DNA from: the human T2T-CHM13v2.0 reference genome, Homo sapiens
Reading direction: 5' to 3' (one strand)
Assembly: GCF_009914755.1 (NCBI RefSeq)
Contig: NC_060947.1
Length of the DNA stretch: 64,000 nucleotides
Shown: piece by piece, positions 42,813 to 56,167 of the stretch
How positions within the stretch are numbered: position 1 is the first letter of the stretch
How the letters are laid out: each line of letters opens with the position of its first letter
Translations under genes and position numbers: made by a program
The notes under the pieces: model-generated
The model's input: the letters and a program-made list of their open reading frames with translations, nothing else
Database searches by the model: none
Told to the model about the DNA's origin: nothing

Positions 42813-45554
42813 TCATACTACCAACAAGGCAAGGGAGGCCTCCTTGGGCAGAACAGGATGATGCAGCAGGAAGCCCTGCCTTGGTGGTATCACTACTCCC
42901 CTTGCTCAGACCTTCAATGATATTCCCCTGTGAAATTATTTAGCTTGCTGTCCAACGGTCTCTCTGCTTAGGTCTCAACTTTTCTCTCCAACTTCAGCTC
43001 TTACTGCTTCCTTGTCCTCTGGCCACACTAGACTGCTTGGTGCTCTTCCAAATCACACCGTGCTTTCTCTTTCCTTAGGATCTTTGCCATTGCTCTTTCC
43101 TGGGGACTGCAAAGGCCCTCCCCCAGTCCCCACTGCCTGTGAAAAACCTCCCCATCCTTCCAGGCACAGCTCAAATGTCACCTCCTTCACAAAGCTGTCC
43201 CTCCTTCTCCACCAACCCCAAGAGCATTCTGTTGGTACTTCTTTCAGGGCCCTTAAATACACAGTACTTGCCTGCACATCACATGCAGGTCATTGTGCTT
43301 GTTGCAGAGGGACTATAAAGATGGATGAGACCTCCTCTGGGGTCCTCTAGGTGTTCACAGGCATATTCTGCATTGGGTAGAGATTTTTCAACAGTGACCC
43401 AATCGCCCCACACTGGACTGTCAGCTCCCCGAAGGCAGGCAGCACCTGTGTCTTATTCATTTCCTTGGTCCCCACAGACCATGGCAGCTGCTTTGTTAGT
43501 TTTGGTTGCCTTGAATTCCCTGGCCCAGGAATGGCAAAGAAGTCTAGTTTCTCTACTTTAATTTTTCTTTCTCTATAGTAGAGTTTATTTGTTTTTTAAT
43601 TCAAAGAATCAAAATAAATGTTTGTGGATTCTATTTCTAGCTTGGTAGATGACTCCTTGTGACCACTGGGGAGTCACAATATCTGATTCAGCTTCTCTGG
43701 TAGGGCTGACTTGGGGAAAACCACTCCACGACAAAGGGAATCATTCAATTGGGATAAGTCTTTGAATGGGAAATATGCAAAGCTACTATTTCTGTTTAGT
43801 TTTTAACAGAAATAGTATTTGTGCACACTCTCCAGAGGGAGAGCATATGGTCCTTAACATTATGTGCTTTCAATAGTGATATTGTTAGGTGGTAAGTAAA
43901 CCAGGGAAATTCAAATTCCATGAAAACAAAATGGTACAGAGGGCATGAAAAAAGGATCTTGATATACGTCATGACTTTGATGCCATTCAAAGAGCTTCTT
44001 AAAAATAATCCAGAGTTATTGCCATTGTCACCAAATTATCCTTGTTAAGAGTCTGAATGTACATCTGGCACCGTGGGAGATGTTGTGGAACAATCTCTAG
44101 GGATTCTAACAGTGTCTTTGTAGATTCCATGGAAGTAACTTGATTGGGAGATGGTTTTGCATATCCATGACAGAAAACTCTACACATTTAATTAAAAGAA
44201 AAATGGCCAAGACTGTGCCAATGTTTATAATGCCCTTTGTGTGTGTATATGTGTGTATGGACTGATCTAGAAAGAGAGAGGGGCTTAGGTCCTTCCTGCT
44301 GGAGTTATTACTCTCTGATACCTGAAGCCCTGAGTTCCAGAGATAGAAAAGGCTTTGAGTAGAGATTGGCTTTACCAAACCCATATGTGGAACAGACAAG
44401 AGAGGTTACCTGGGGGACACATCCAGAACCATTACCCCCTTTCCCCTGTATCATGGTTGAAGAAACTTGAGAGGCTTGTATTTTTAGCTAAGGAGGGCCC
44501 CTCAGTCCAAGTTTGAGGAATTTGTGGGCTTGGCTATGGAAGAGAAGGTTTTAAACAGGTGTGACACTCTCTCCTTAGGCAGCCTCTTCCCCAGAGTGTG
44601 TCAAGTGGTACACTCATTTCATGGGTATGGAAAGACAGGCTTAGATAGCGCAACAGAAGAAAGGCAGCTGCAATGAAGAAGCTCCTCTTGGAGACCTGAA
44701 GCCCTGGCATCAACGTGCTATAAAGATCAGGTGCAGGGTACCTAGCTGAGGTATAGGAGGAGGGAATGTTCTGCCTCCAGGTGCGAAGATGACACTGCTG
44801 ATTCTCTGTCAGTGACACATCATGAGCTGCTTGATTAGGGCTGAGTGTTTGGAACAACACGTCCTCACTTATGTGTGCCTATTATGCACTTACCCTCACT
44901 CTCCTACTTTAGCTCCCTCTTTGACCAAGAGCATATGGTTGCAAGATGGTCAGCTGGGACCAGGACTGGCTGCTATGTGACAGAACTCAATTCTACTGGG
45001 ATTAAGCCTGTTGTCCTGGTTTCATTAGCACCTGGTTTTAACTAACTGAGCGACACGGTAGGCACAGTCATACATAACCCATTCTTTGCTGAAGCAGGCT
45101 GGCTGCTGGTAATAATAGCAAAGTCTGGGTTCCTCAAGTTCTCCCCACCTTTGCCAATCAGATGTTATTCCCAGGTCCTGCTTATTTGCACTGTTCTTAG
45201 GTTAGGGGACTCAGATTGTTTAAGAAAGTCCTTGTGTTGTGAGCCAGTTCTACATGGCAGCTGGCTGGCCTGCAAAGGTAGAAACTTCTGTCATGTTCTG
45301 TTTGCATACCCTGCAGTGTCCAACTCAAGTCATCACGGGTTTCCCTTAAATGTATGTTGAATTAAATTAACTCACCAAGGGTTTAGCTAGCCATATAGCT
45401 AATTGTGTGAAATAATTCAAAGAATCAATTCATAGCATTAACAGTTTTTCTAGACTCTTGAGGCAGCATGATGAAGTGGAAAGAGCACTGGCTTTAGAGT
45501 TGGGGGAGCTAGATTTTGGTGCCTGGATTTAGCTTGTGTGTCTCAGGTAAGCTT

Positions 45555-45664
45555 CATTTAAAAAAAATTTTTTAAATGTCAATAGCTTTTGGGGGTACAA
45601 GTAGTTTTTGGTTACATGGATGAATTATATAGTGGTGAATTCTGAGATTTTAGTGTACCTGTCA
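45555..45664 (-). mobile_element. Severely 5'-truncated L1PA/PB 3' end inserted in a MIR
   Basis: ttggttacatggatgaattatatagtggtgaattctgagattttagtg, with 12-bp TSD tcaggtaagctt at 45543-45554 and 45665-45676. Confidence 0.8.
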
Positions 45665-46511
45665 TCAGGTAAGCTTTTTAATCTCTGTTTCATCATTTCC
45701 ACCTGACGATGACAAATGCTGACCTGGTTGGGCTGTTAGGAGCCAATGAGATAATATCTATAAAAGGGCCTAGCATAGGGCCCAGCACATACTAGGACTT
45801 CAATAAATGTGAATTCCCTTCTCCTGGGGCAAGAGGCCCTTGCCTAACCAAGCCTCATCCACACCCTGAAGGATGTCAGGTGAAGCGCTTAGGGCCGAGA
45901 TGTAGAAAGATGAGTCTGTTCTTCCTGCCAGACCAAGCCCAGCAGCCTCAGTGTCCCTCCCCGCTTGCTTAAGCCATTAGCTTAGCCTAGGAGAAACTGA
46001 CTAGCCTGTGGAGAAACTGACTTCTCTCATAGTTTTCTGCCCTATGGTCCTGCCACTTGTTACTTACTGGCGAGGTGGAAAGGAAATATGATCACGTAAG
46101 GCAAAAGAGATGTTGGAGTGGAGGGATTTGGCTAGAACTAGAAATAGCTTGAGGCCCCTCCAGCCCCGAAGAGGAAAGGAAATGGGCAAGCAGCAATCCC
46201 ATTCCCAGACAGGTGGAGCAGGGGATGAAAGAGGCCAGCTGACCTTCAAGGGAAAATGCTGGCTTTGATCTCACTGAAGGAAAGAGGGAGGTGCTAACCT
46301 CTCTCCACCCCTTCCCCTTTCCCCCTCAGCACTTCTTTTGCTTTCTGGGCTTCAGTTTATGCACTTTTGAGGGGGAACATGGTACTGAAAAGGGGGCAAA
46401 TGGAAAGTATGAGATGGGGCAGAGGGATGGAAGTGAAAGGTAGTGGCTATTCTAGGGTAGTTGGTCCCTTCTCAACCCTAGAGTCAATGAAGAAAGAAAT
46501 GTAAATAGCTC

Positions 46512-46555
46512 AGCTTGAGTTCAGATCAGCCCAAGCTTGAGTTCAGTTCAGCCCA
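46512..46555. repeat. 22-bp tandem duplication
   Basis: agcttgagttcag(a/t)tcagccca occurs twice. Confidence 0.9.
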
Positions 46556-47468
46556 CCTCAATGCTCTTTTCTTGTTCATGTCTCTCCAGGTCTTACTCAC
46601 ACAGTGAAAGCGGCATACAATTAGATAGTTGGTCAAAAAGATATTCAGAAGAAGCCCTAAGGTTGCTGTTATTCCTCCATAATCATGTTTGATTAGAGGA
46701 AACCAAGCAACGAACCTGAATCCACCAATCCTTTTATCCTTGCTTCAACATTTAGTAAGTATCTACTATGTGCCCAGCTAGGTTAGTCATTGGGGTACAA
46801 AGACAATAAGACACGTTTCATAGGAGGGATTATTATAGAGCAGTGTGATGAGTGGTATAATATTAACAATACTACACGTATTACAAGCTTATTATGTGTC
46901 AGGCACCTAAAGTGTCTAAGCATTTTTAATAGATTGACTAACTTAATTCTCACAACCAACCCATGCAGTAGGTACTACTATTGTTTCCATTTGAAGCTGA
47001 GGATCTGAAGCCCAGGACAGTAGGATAACTTGACAGAAGTCATGCAGCTGGTATGTGTGGAGCGGAGATTTGAACTCACGTCATTCTGAAGATCAGCACT
47101 AGCTATGGTAGCCTATACACTACCCAGAAAAAGTGACTGTGGAGTAGAGTCTGCAAAGGGGGTATAGAGGATGGGAGGGAGGCAGAGAGTATGAAACATA
47201 AGGGGCACATTTCAGGTATTGAAGTGAATTAGATATGACTAGGGGGCACGGACAAGGAGAAGAAGGACACAAGGCTAGGGAGGCAGGCATGCATTTCATG
47301 ATGGGCCCTGCTAAGGCATTTGGCTTTATCCCCGACTAGAAGGTCCGTGAAGGCAGGACATTGTTTTGTTCCCTGCTGCATTGCCAGTTTCCAAAACAGT
47401 GTGTGCACCTAGTAGGTGGTAGATATTTGTGGGATAAGTGAGTAGAAGCTTGTGGGAGATACTGCAAG

Positions 47469-47774
47469 CTTTTTTTTTTTTGGGGATGGAGTCTCACTCT
47501 GTCGCCCAGGCTGGAGTTCAGTGTCGTGATCTCGACTCACTGCAGCTTCCACCTCCCCTCCCGGGTTCAAGTGATTCTCCTGCCTCAGCCACCCGAGTAA
47601 CTGGGACTACAGGAGCACACCACCATGCCCAGCTAATTTTTGTATTTTTAGTAGAGACGGGGTTTCACCATGTTGGCCAGGATAGTCTTGATTGAATGCC
47701 TGACCTCAGGTAATCTGCCTGCCTTGGCCTCCCAGAGTGCTGGGATTAGAGGCACGAGCCACCATGCCCAGCCT
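47469..47774 (-). mobile_element. Alu (AluS-like)
   Basis: Reverse Alu with TSD ctgcaagctttt. Confidence 0.94.
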
Positions 47775-48561
47775 TCTGCAAGCTTTTAAATGAGGGAATG
47801 AAGAGATCAGCTGTGCATTTTAGAGGGCTCAGAGGCTACAGCGTGGAGAAGGTATCGGAATTTGAGGAGAGGAATGCAAGTAGGGACACCAGTTAGAAGG
47901 CTGCTGCTGTAGCCCTGTGGAATGGTAATAGGGCTTGAACCAGGAGAGGGTGGAAGGAATAGAATGATAGAAAAACTTCAAAGATAGCATCAATAGGGTT
48001 AAACAGTAAATTGCATGTGGGGAATAAGGAAGAGGGGAATGGCAAGGATTTCTGGCTGTGTGGGAGGAGCATGAACGGGATGAAGGATACAAGCAGAGGA
48101 GAAGGTTCGGTGGTAGGGTGTACGTGTGTGAGAGGGGAGTTCAGTTAGGAGCATGTTGAGGGTCAGGATGCTGATGACAGAGTGGTCTCTTAGTTTAGGA
48201 GAGAGGTTGGGCCTACGACACAATGCATGTCATAGATTTAGGAGTTACCAGCAACGTAAAATCAAGGAATTGGACAAGATTGCCATGGTTGCTGGGGGTG
48301 GGGGGAGCTTACTACAGAGTAAGAAGAGGGGAGAGGCAAGGAAAAATCATGGGGAACAGCAATACTTCAGAGGTGGGCACAGGAGTGGAAACAGTTCTGG
48401 CGACAATTTGAAATCTTGCTGAGAGGGTAAAAAAGAGGGAGGCTGAAAGGTGTCTTCTGATTTGTCCATTGGAAAGAGACCTTTGCTGCAGCAAAGTCAG
48501 TGGAGGGTGGGCAGAGGCCTAATGGGAGTGAGGAGGCAGAGATGAGAGTGATGACGGGAAT

Positions 48562-49598
<1,037 letters not shown>

Positions 49599-49601
49599 TA
49601 C

Positions 49602-49937
49602 CAGCAGTCCCCAACCTTTTTGGCATCAGGAACCGGTTTTGTGGAAGATAATTTTTCCACGGACCAGGGAGGTGGGGATGGTTTCAGGATGAAACTGTCC
49701 CACCTCAGATCATTAGGCATTAGTTAGATTTTCATAAGGAGTGCACAACCTAGATCCCTTGCACATGCAGTTCACAATAGGGTTCACACTCCTATGAGAA
49801 TCTAATGCTGCCCCTGATCTGACAGGAGGTGGAGCTCAGATGGTAATGCTCACTTGCCTGCTGCTCACCTCTTGCTGTGTGTCCCGGTTCCTAACAGGCC
49901 ACCAGCCCCGTGGCCCCAGGGGGGTTGGGGACCCCTG
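49602..49937 (+). mobile_element. MER1B-like hAT-Charlie element
   Basis: TIRs cagcagtccccaacc / ggttggggacccctg with 8-bp TSD (g/c)tgtatac. Confidence 0.88.
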
Positions 49938-50661
49938 CTGTATACTGTTTTTTTTTTTTCTTTTTTTTCAGGAGTTTGATACGGGGGTAGGGCTGGGGTA
50001 GGTGGGTGTTTTAAGATGGGAGGATATTAAGTATGTTTATGGGCTGAGGGAAAAGAATCTATAGGATGGGAGTCAGGGGCAGCATAATAGGTATTTCGAG
50101 TTAGTTATGTCTGTATTTCTGGCCCATTAGACAGAGATCCACAAGGGAAGAATACTGTTTTTTTTTTTAAATCTCTATATTATCCACAGCTCCTAACATA
50201 AGGCCTGGAAAATAAAAGGCACCCAATTCATGTTTGCTGAATGAATGAAATAAAATGATTGGGATTCTGAACAGATTCACATCCAGTAGGGCGAATTAGG
50301 TTCTTGAAGGATGGGGTGATTCTAGACAGGCAGGCATGGAGTGTGTGTCGGGGGATAGTTAGAGGAGGCAAGAGAATGCAGGACAAGTTTGGGGAAGAGC
50401 AAGTGCTGTTAGTGGGCTAATGTTGGAAAAAGAGAGCACAGGAAGCCTTGATTCCCATGTTGAGGAGACAGGACATGATGTGACAGGCAATGAGGCAGGG
50501 TCAGGACTGAAGCTGTGCCTTATGGGAACTGAGAGCAGCAAATGCAAAGCTGGGTGACTGATGTAGAGGCACCTGCAATAGTACAAGGTGGGGGACAAAA
50601 AAGGCTTGAACCAGAGTGATTGCTGTGGGGATGGAGTGGATGGGAAAGAGATACTGTGATG

Positions 50662-51270
<609 letters not shown>

Positions 51271-52275
51271 GCTTCTGTCCAAATCCCTTTCTATAAAAAT
51301 CCAAGCAGCTCTCACATTTTTTATTGTTAACTCACAGTCTACTTTTTCCTAAAAATTATACTTGCTTCTATCAGGGCAAGCCCAAGGTCAATGCCAATCT
51401 CTCTTGCAGACCCCTGAGGCTTTACTGTTTTTAGTTGGGGAAGTCATGCCTGTGACGGTAATGTGGGTTCTGGTCAGGAAGAGCATTTCTTGTCCTGAAT
51501 CACTGTTTGAAAAGAACTCATCATGACCAGAATAACACGGCACCAGCACTTTGAACCATAACATGGTCTTGAATGATGCTTCTCAATCTTTCCTATATCA
51601 CCAATTACTCCATCAAAGAACTTAGGCTCAACCATGATGGAAACAAAAAAGCCCTCTTTTTTCCCAGAAAAACATTTCTGTTTACAGGAAATTCAGTGAA
51701 TACATATGGCATTTATGGTACATTTTAAGGACATAAAATTGCAGTGATATTATTGGGAGTAGATTTTATTGCCATGGCTTTACAACACAGACAAACAAAA
51801 ATAATAACTCCATTAGTTGTTGAATTGAACTGGCAGGAAGCAGCACATCAAAAGCGCTTGTGAGCAGGCAGGAGGATGGGGGATTGGGAGTGTCCAGAGC
51901 ACAACCAAAAGGTCAGGGAGATAGGGGCTATTGAAGATAAGATGCTACATGTGGAGGTGAAGATGGGGATGGAAAAAAAGTGAATTCTTAGTTGCTGGAA
52001 TAGAAACCTGGTGTCCTGTCTAGACTACATCTGTATCCTACCTGTGGTACTCATTTTACCTCTGAACACAGAGTTGGCACTTAAGAACTGCTTGGTGGTG
52101 AGGCTTATACACCAGTGCATGGTCGTGCCAAGAATTGTTTGAGTGAATGAAGAGGGCATGGAAATGGTTTTATTTTTCAGATATTTTAATGGTTTTACCT
52201 ATTGGTATAAAAAAGTTTATTAAGCAAAATAATCAAGTAAACCTGGGAAATGTTATCTTAATGGAGCACTAATTA

Positions 52276-52363
52276 TTATAATTATTATTATTATTTAGAG
52301 GCAAGATCTCACTCTGTCACCCAGGCTGGTGTGCAGTGATGCAATCATAGCTCACTGTAACTT
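52276..52363 (-). mobile_element. 5'-truncated Alu fragment
   Basis: Alu 3' end only, with 12-bp TSD gagcactaatta on both sides. Confidence 0.85.
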
Positions 52364-52963
52364 GAGCACTAATTACATTTAAGCAAAGAATATGCTCAAT
52401 ATTAACATCTTATTTCATTAGCTAAAGTACTTAGAGGCTTTCATGAACACATATATATAGCCCATTTGCATGTCATCTAATTAGTAGGTTCTTATGTTAG
52501 TCAATCCACAGTAGTGTGTGTGTGCGTGTATATGTTTGCATGTGTGCACATGAATGCATTGTACTAGGTGCTAAGCATCATTCTAGGCCCTGGGGGCAAG
52601 CTGAGTACCAAAAAAAAAAAAAAATAAGGTCTGGTGACTGCTCTCAAGGAGATGACAATCAAATAGAGAGGGAAGATATAATTATAGCAAAAGCAGAGGA
52701 ATAAATCCAAGCTAAAGTATGTGGTATTGGTTAGTGTACAATAAAATGCCCTCACATGTGGGGGGCACTGGACAAATTAGGTGACTTATCCAAGATCATA
52801 ACCTTAACACTATGTAATACAGTTAAGAGATATGAACTTGAACCAATGACTTTGAACTTCCCATTTTATAGGCTTCCACTATGTCATGAAGCAATACGCA
52901 CAGCAGTTAAAGACTGAGATTTCTGGAGTCATATGGGATGAGCCCTACATCTTTGCTCTACAC

Positions 52964-53372
52964 TGATGTAGTTTGGATGTGTGTCCTCTCCAAATTTCAC
53001 ATTGAAATGTGATCCCCAATGTTGGAGGTGGGGCCTGGTGGGATGTGTTTGGGTCATGGGTGCGGATCCTCATGAATGGCTTGGTGCTCTCCCCATGGTA
53101 ATCAGTGCATTCTTGCTCTGAGAGTTCATGTCACATTTGTTGTTAAAAGAGTCAGGAACCTCCCCCGTCTCTCTCTTGCTTCCTCTCTGGCCATGTGACA
53201 TGCTGGCTCCCCTTTGCCTTCCACCATGATTGAAAGTTTCCTGAGGCCTCGCCAGAAGATGTTGGTGTCATGCTTGTACAGCCTGCAAAACTGTGAGCCA
53301 ATTAAGTCTTTTTTCTTTATAGATTACCCAGCCTCAGGTATTCCTTCATAGCAATGCAGATGGACTAACACA
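52964..53372 (+). mobile_element. MST-family (MSTA/MSTB) MaLR solo LTR inserted in a MIR
   Basis: tgatgtagtttggatgtgtgtcc...aatgttggaggtggggcctggtggga...gcaatgcagatggactaacaca; TG...CA ends. Confidence 0.88.
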
Positions 53373-54324
53373 ACCACCTACTAGCTGTGTGACCTTAGGC
53401 AAGTGACTTAACTGTTCTGTATTTTGGTATTCTTGTTTGTAAAATGGGAATAATAACAGAACCTACCTTTTAGGATTGTTGTGACAATAAATGAGTGAAT
53501 TCATGTAAAGAACTTAGAACAGTGTGCTTGGCTTATTATAAATGCTCAGTAAATACTATTAAATGCTGAATATTATCATTCTTTTTCTTGTGCTTTATCA
53601 ACTGTACAAAGAAACAGAGCTCTGAATGTAATGGGCAGTAGTAAAATTGGATTTCTTTACAAATGTCCATTTAGACTGAATGAGGGTGAATTCTTAAGAG
53701 CTTACCCTGTATCCCAAAACCCTGAAGCCAGAAAGAGTGGCAGAGAGATCAAGAAGAGAAGGATTCCAAGTGAAAATGACTATTAAGAAAGATGGAAAAG
53801 AAGAGGAGGGAATGAGAAACTTGAAGTGGTAGGAGAGAGAGGCACAGGACAGAGGTGACAGAAAGGAGTAGAAGAGATAAAAATGAGAAGGGGCTTAGAT
53901 TGGGAAGGGGAAGAAGGAGGTCTAGAGGAGGAGACAGGAAAGACAAGGGCAGGGTGGCAGGGGTCTCCCTGCAGGCCAGAATTTTCCTTCAGGGTATGGT
54001 TTCAAGAGTTTTAGGGAAGAGCCCTGGCCAAGACTAATACCTTGCCCCATCACTGCTGATCCTCAAATTTCCACGATTAGAGACAATTCCTTCTTCATAC
54101 TGTGTGCAGAGCCAACTCTGGTTATACCATATGTCTCTGTTAATCAAATGAATATTTTGGAAACAAGCCTACACACGAAGGTTTTTTACATCAAATTTTC
54201 CTTAAGCCAAGGGTGGGGATGGAAGAAGGAAGGGTATAGGGATATTGCTTTACCTGGCTTGTTGCTGGACAAGTACTAAGATGACTTTGAAAACTGCTTC
54301 TACTGGAGGATTAATAAGAATTGA

Positions 54325-54764
<440 letters not shown>

Positions 54765-55234
54765 TGAACTGTTTTTTAGAAGAGAGATGGCAAAGAGATT
54801 TCAGCTTCTTGACAACTCGGATCAATTGGTAGTAGCTGCTTGGGGTACTGTGTTGAGAAAGATTCTGAAGCTGTGCCTTGGTTCAACAGGGAAGCAGGCC
54901 ATGATCAATTTGTAATGTATCCATAGGAGTACATAGACCCCGGCAGGGTGGGGTCTGAGGGCACGTAGTCATATGTGCCCTACATTTGCTATTCCTGCTT
55001 TAGGACATCAAGAGTGACCTCCTAATTGCCCAACTAAGGTCTTCTTTTCAGTTATCACTCATCCTATTTGATCTCTCTCCAGCACATGTCATCACACTAT
55101 CTTCTCTCTCATAACCACTGCTCTCCCTGTTCCTTCTCAGTCTCCTTCCCTGGATCCTCTTCTTTCATCTGTCTCTGAAATGTAGGTGCCCTCAGGTTAT
55201 ATCCTCAGCCTCTCTTCTTTCTCTTTGCAGGAGT

Positions 55235-55253
55235 TCGCGCCCTCTGTTGGTGT
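55235..55253 (-). promoter_or_regulatory. CTCF-like motif
   Basis: Minus strand reads acaccaacagagggcgcga, a close match to CCA(C/G)CAG(A/G)GGGCGC. Confidence 0.55.
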
Positions 55254-55577
55254 TGTAATCACGCCTATGTGGAGATCCTACATCTCTGGGTCCTGTCAGT
55301 GTTTGTCACCAGCCTCTGACGTGCATTTATAATCATCTGCTGGACATTTCTACCTGGAAAATTTGAATTCTTGGTATTTTGCATAATGTGTTCCAAGTAG
55401 AGCTAATTGTAAGTCCTTCCAAAGAGAATGCTCATCATCTTTTTTTTGTTTACTCAAAAAGTCCCACCATACAATAAGCTCTTCAAGAAAGATTTGTACT
55501 TATGACCCTGAATGGGTTAGTGTGTTTATGCTTTGTTTAGAGGCATTGAATTTTGTGCATTCAAAATACCTGAAATA

Positions 55578-55606
55578 ATACCATCCTGAACGTTCCTGAT
55601 TTCATC
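55578..55606 (+). pseudogene. Probable tailless 5S rRNA retro-fragment (about nt 11-39 of 5S)
   Basis: ataccatcctgaacgttcctgatttcatc vs recalled human 5S ATACCACCCTGAACGCGCCCGATCTCGTC, 23/29 identical; flanked by a 19-bp direct repeat. Confidence 0.55.
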
Positions 55607-55623
55607 AAAATACCCGAAATAAT

Positions 55624-55720
55624 GGGTGATGGGCCCAGTAAAAGCCCAGACTTCACCACCATGCAATATATGCATATAAGAAGCCTGCACTTGTACCCTC
55701 TAAATATGTACAAAAAAAGA
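55624..55720 (+). mobile_element. 5'-truncated L1PA/PB 3' end
   Basis: aaaagcccagacttcaccaccatgcaatatatgcat...ctgcacttgtaccc plus A tail, with TSD cccgaaataat. Confidence 0.8.
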
Positions 55721-55929
55721 CCCCCGAAATAATATGGTTTAGGAGATCTCTATCTCTGTGATATTCCCATTGTTTGATGAGCAATGATTTTTTTTCCTCA
55801 TTACTTGTTAAACAAAGAAAACTATATCTAACCGTGTGCAAGAAGATAGAAAGAGGCATAGAGTACTCCCAAGACTGGCATTATCTCTCAGGGGAGAGCC
55901 CGATAGAAAGCACTATGCTTTGGGTATTA

Positions 55930-56167
55930 CAGGTTGAATATCCCTTTTCCGAAATACTTGGGACCAGAAGTATTTTGTATTTTGAATTTTTTTTCAGATT
56001 TTGGACTATTTGCATTATATGTACTAGTTGAGCATGCCTAATCCCAAAATCCGAAATCTGAAATGCTCCAGTGAGCATTTCCTTTGCACACCATGTTGGT
56101 TCTCAAAAAGTTCTGGATTTTGGAGCGTTTTAAAGTTCAGATTTTCAAATTTGGGATGCTCAACCTA
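55930..56167. mobile_element. MER46/Tigger4-like DNA transposon fossil
   Basis: TIRs caggttgaatatccc / gggatgctcaacct, TA flanks; internal ccaaaatccgaaatctgaaatgctcca. Confidence 0.85.

Noticed and set aside
55205-55232. Strong plus-strand splice acceptor (tctcttctttctctttgcag)
   Set aside because: It is antisense to HDAC8, lies in an L2-like pyrimidine tract, and I found no matching donor or ORF.
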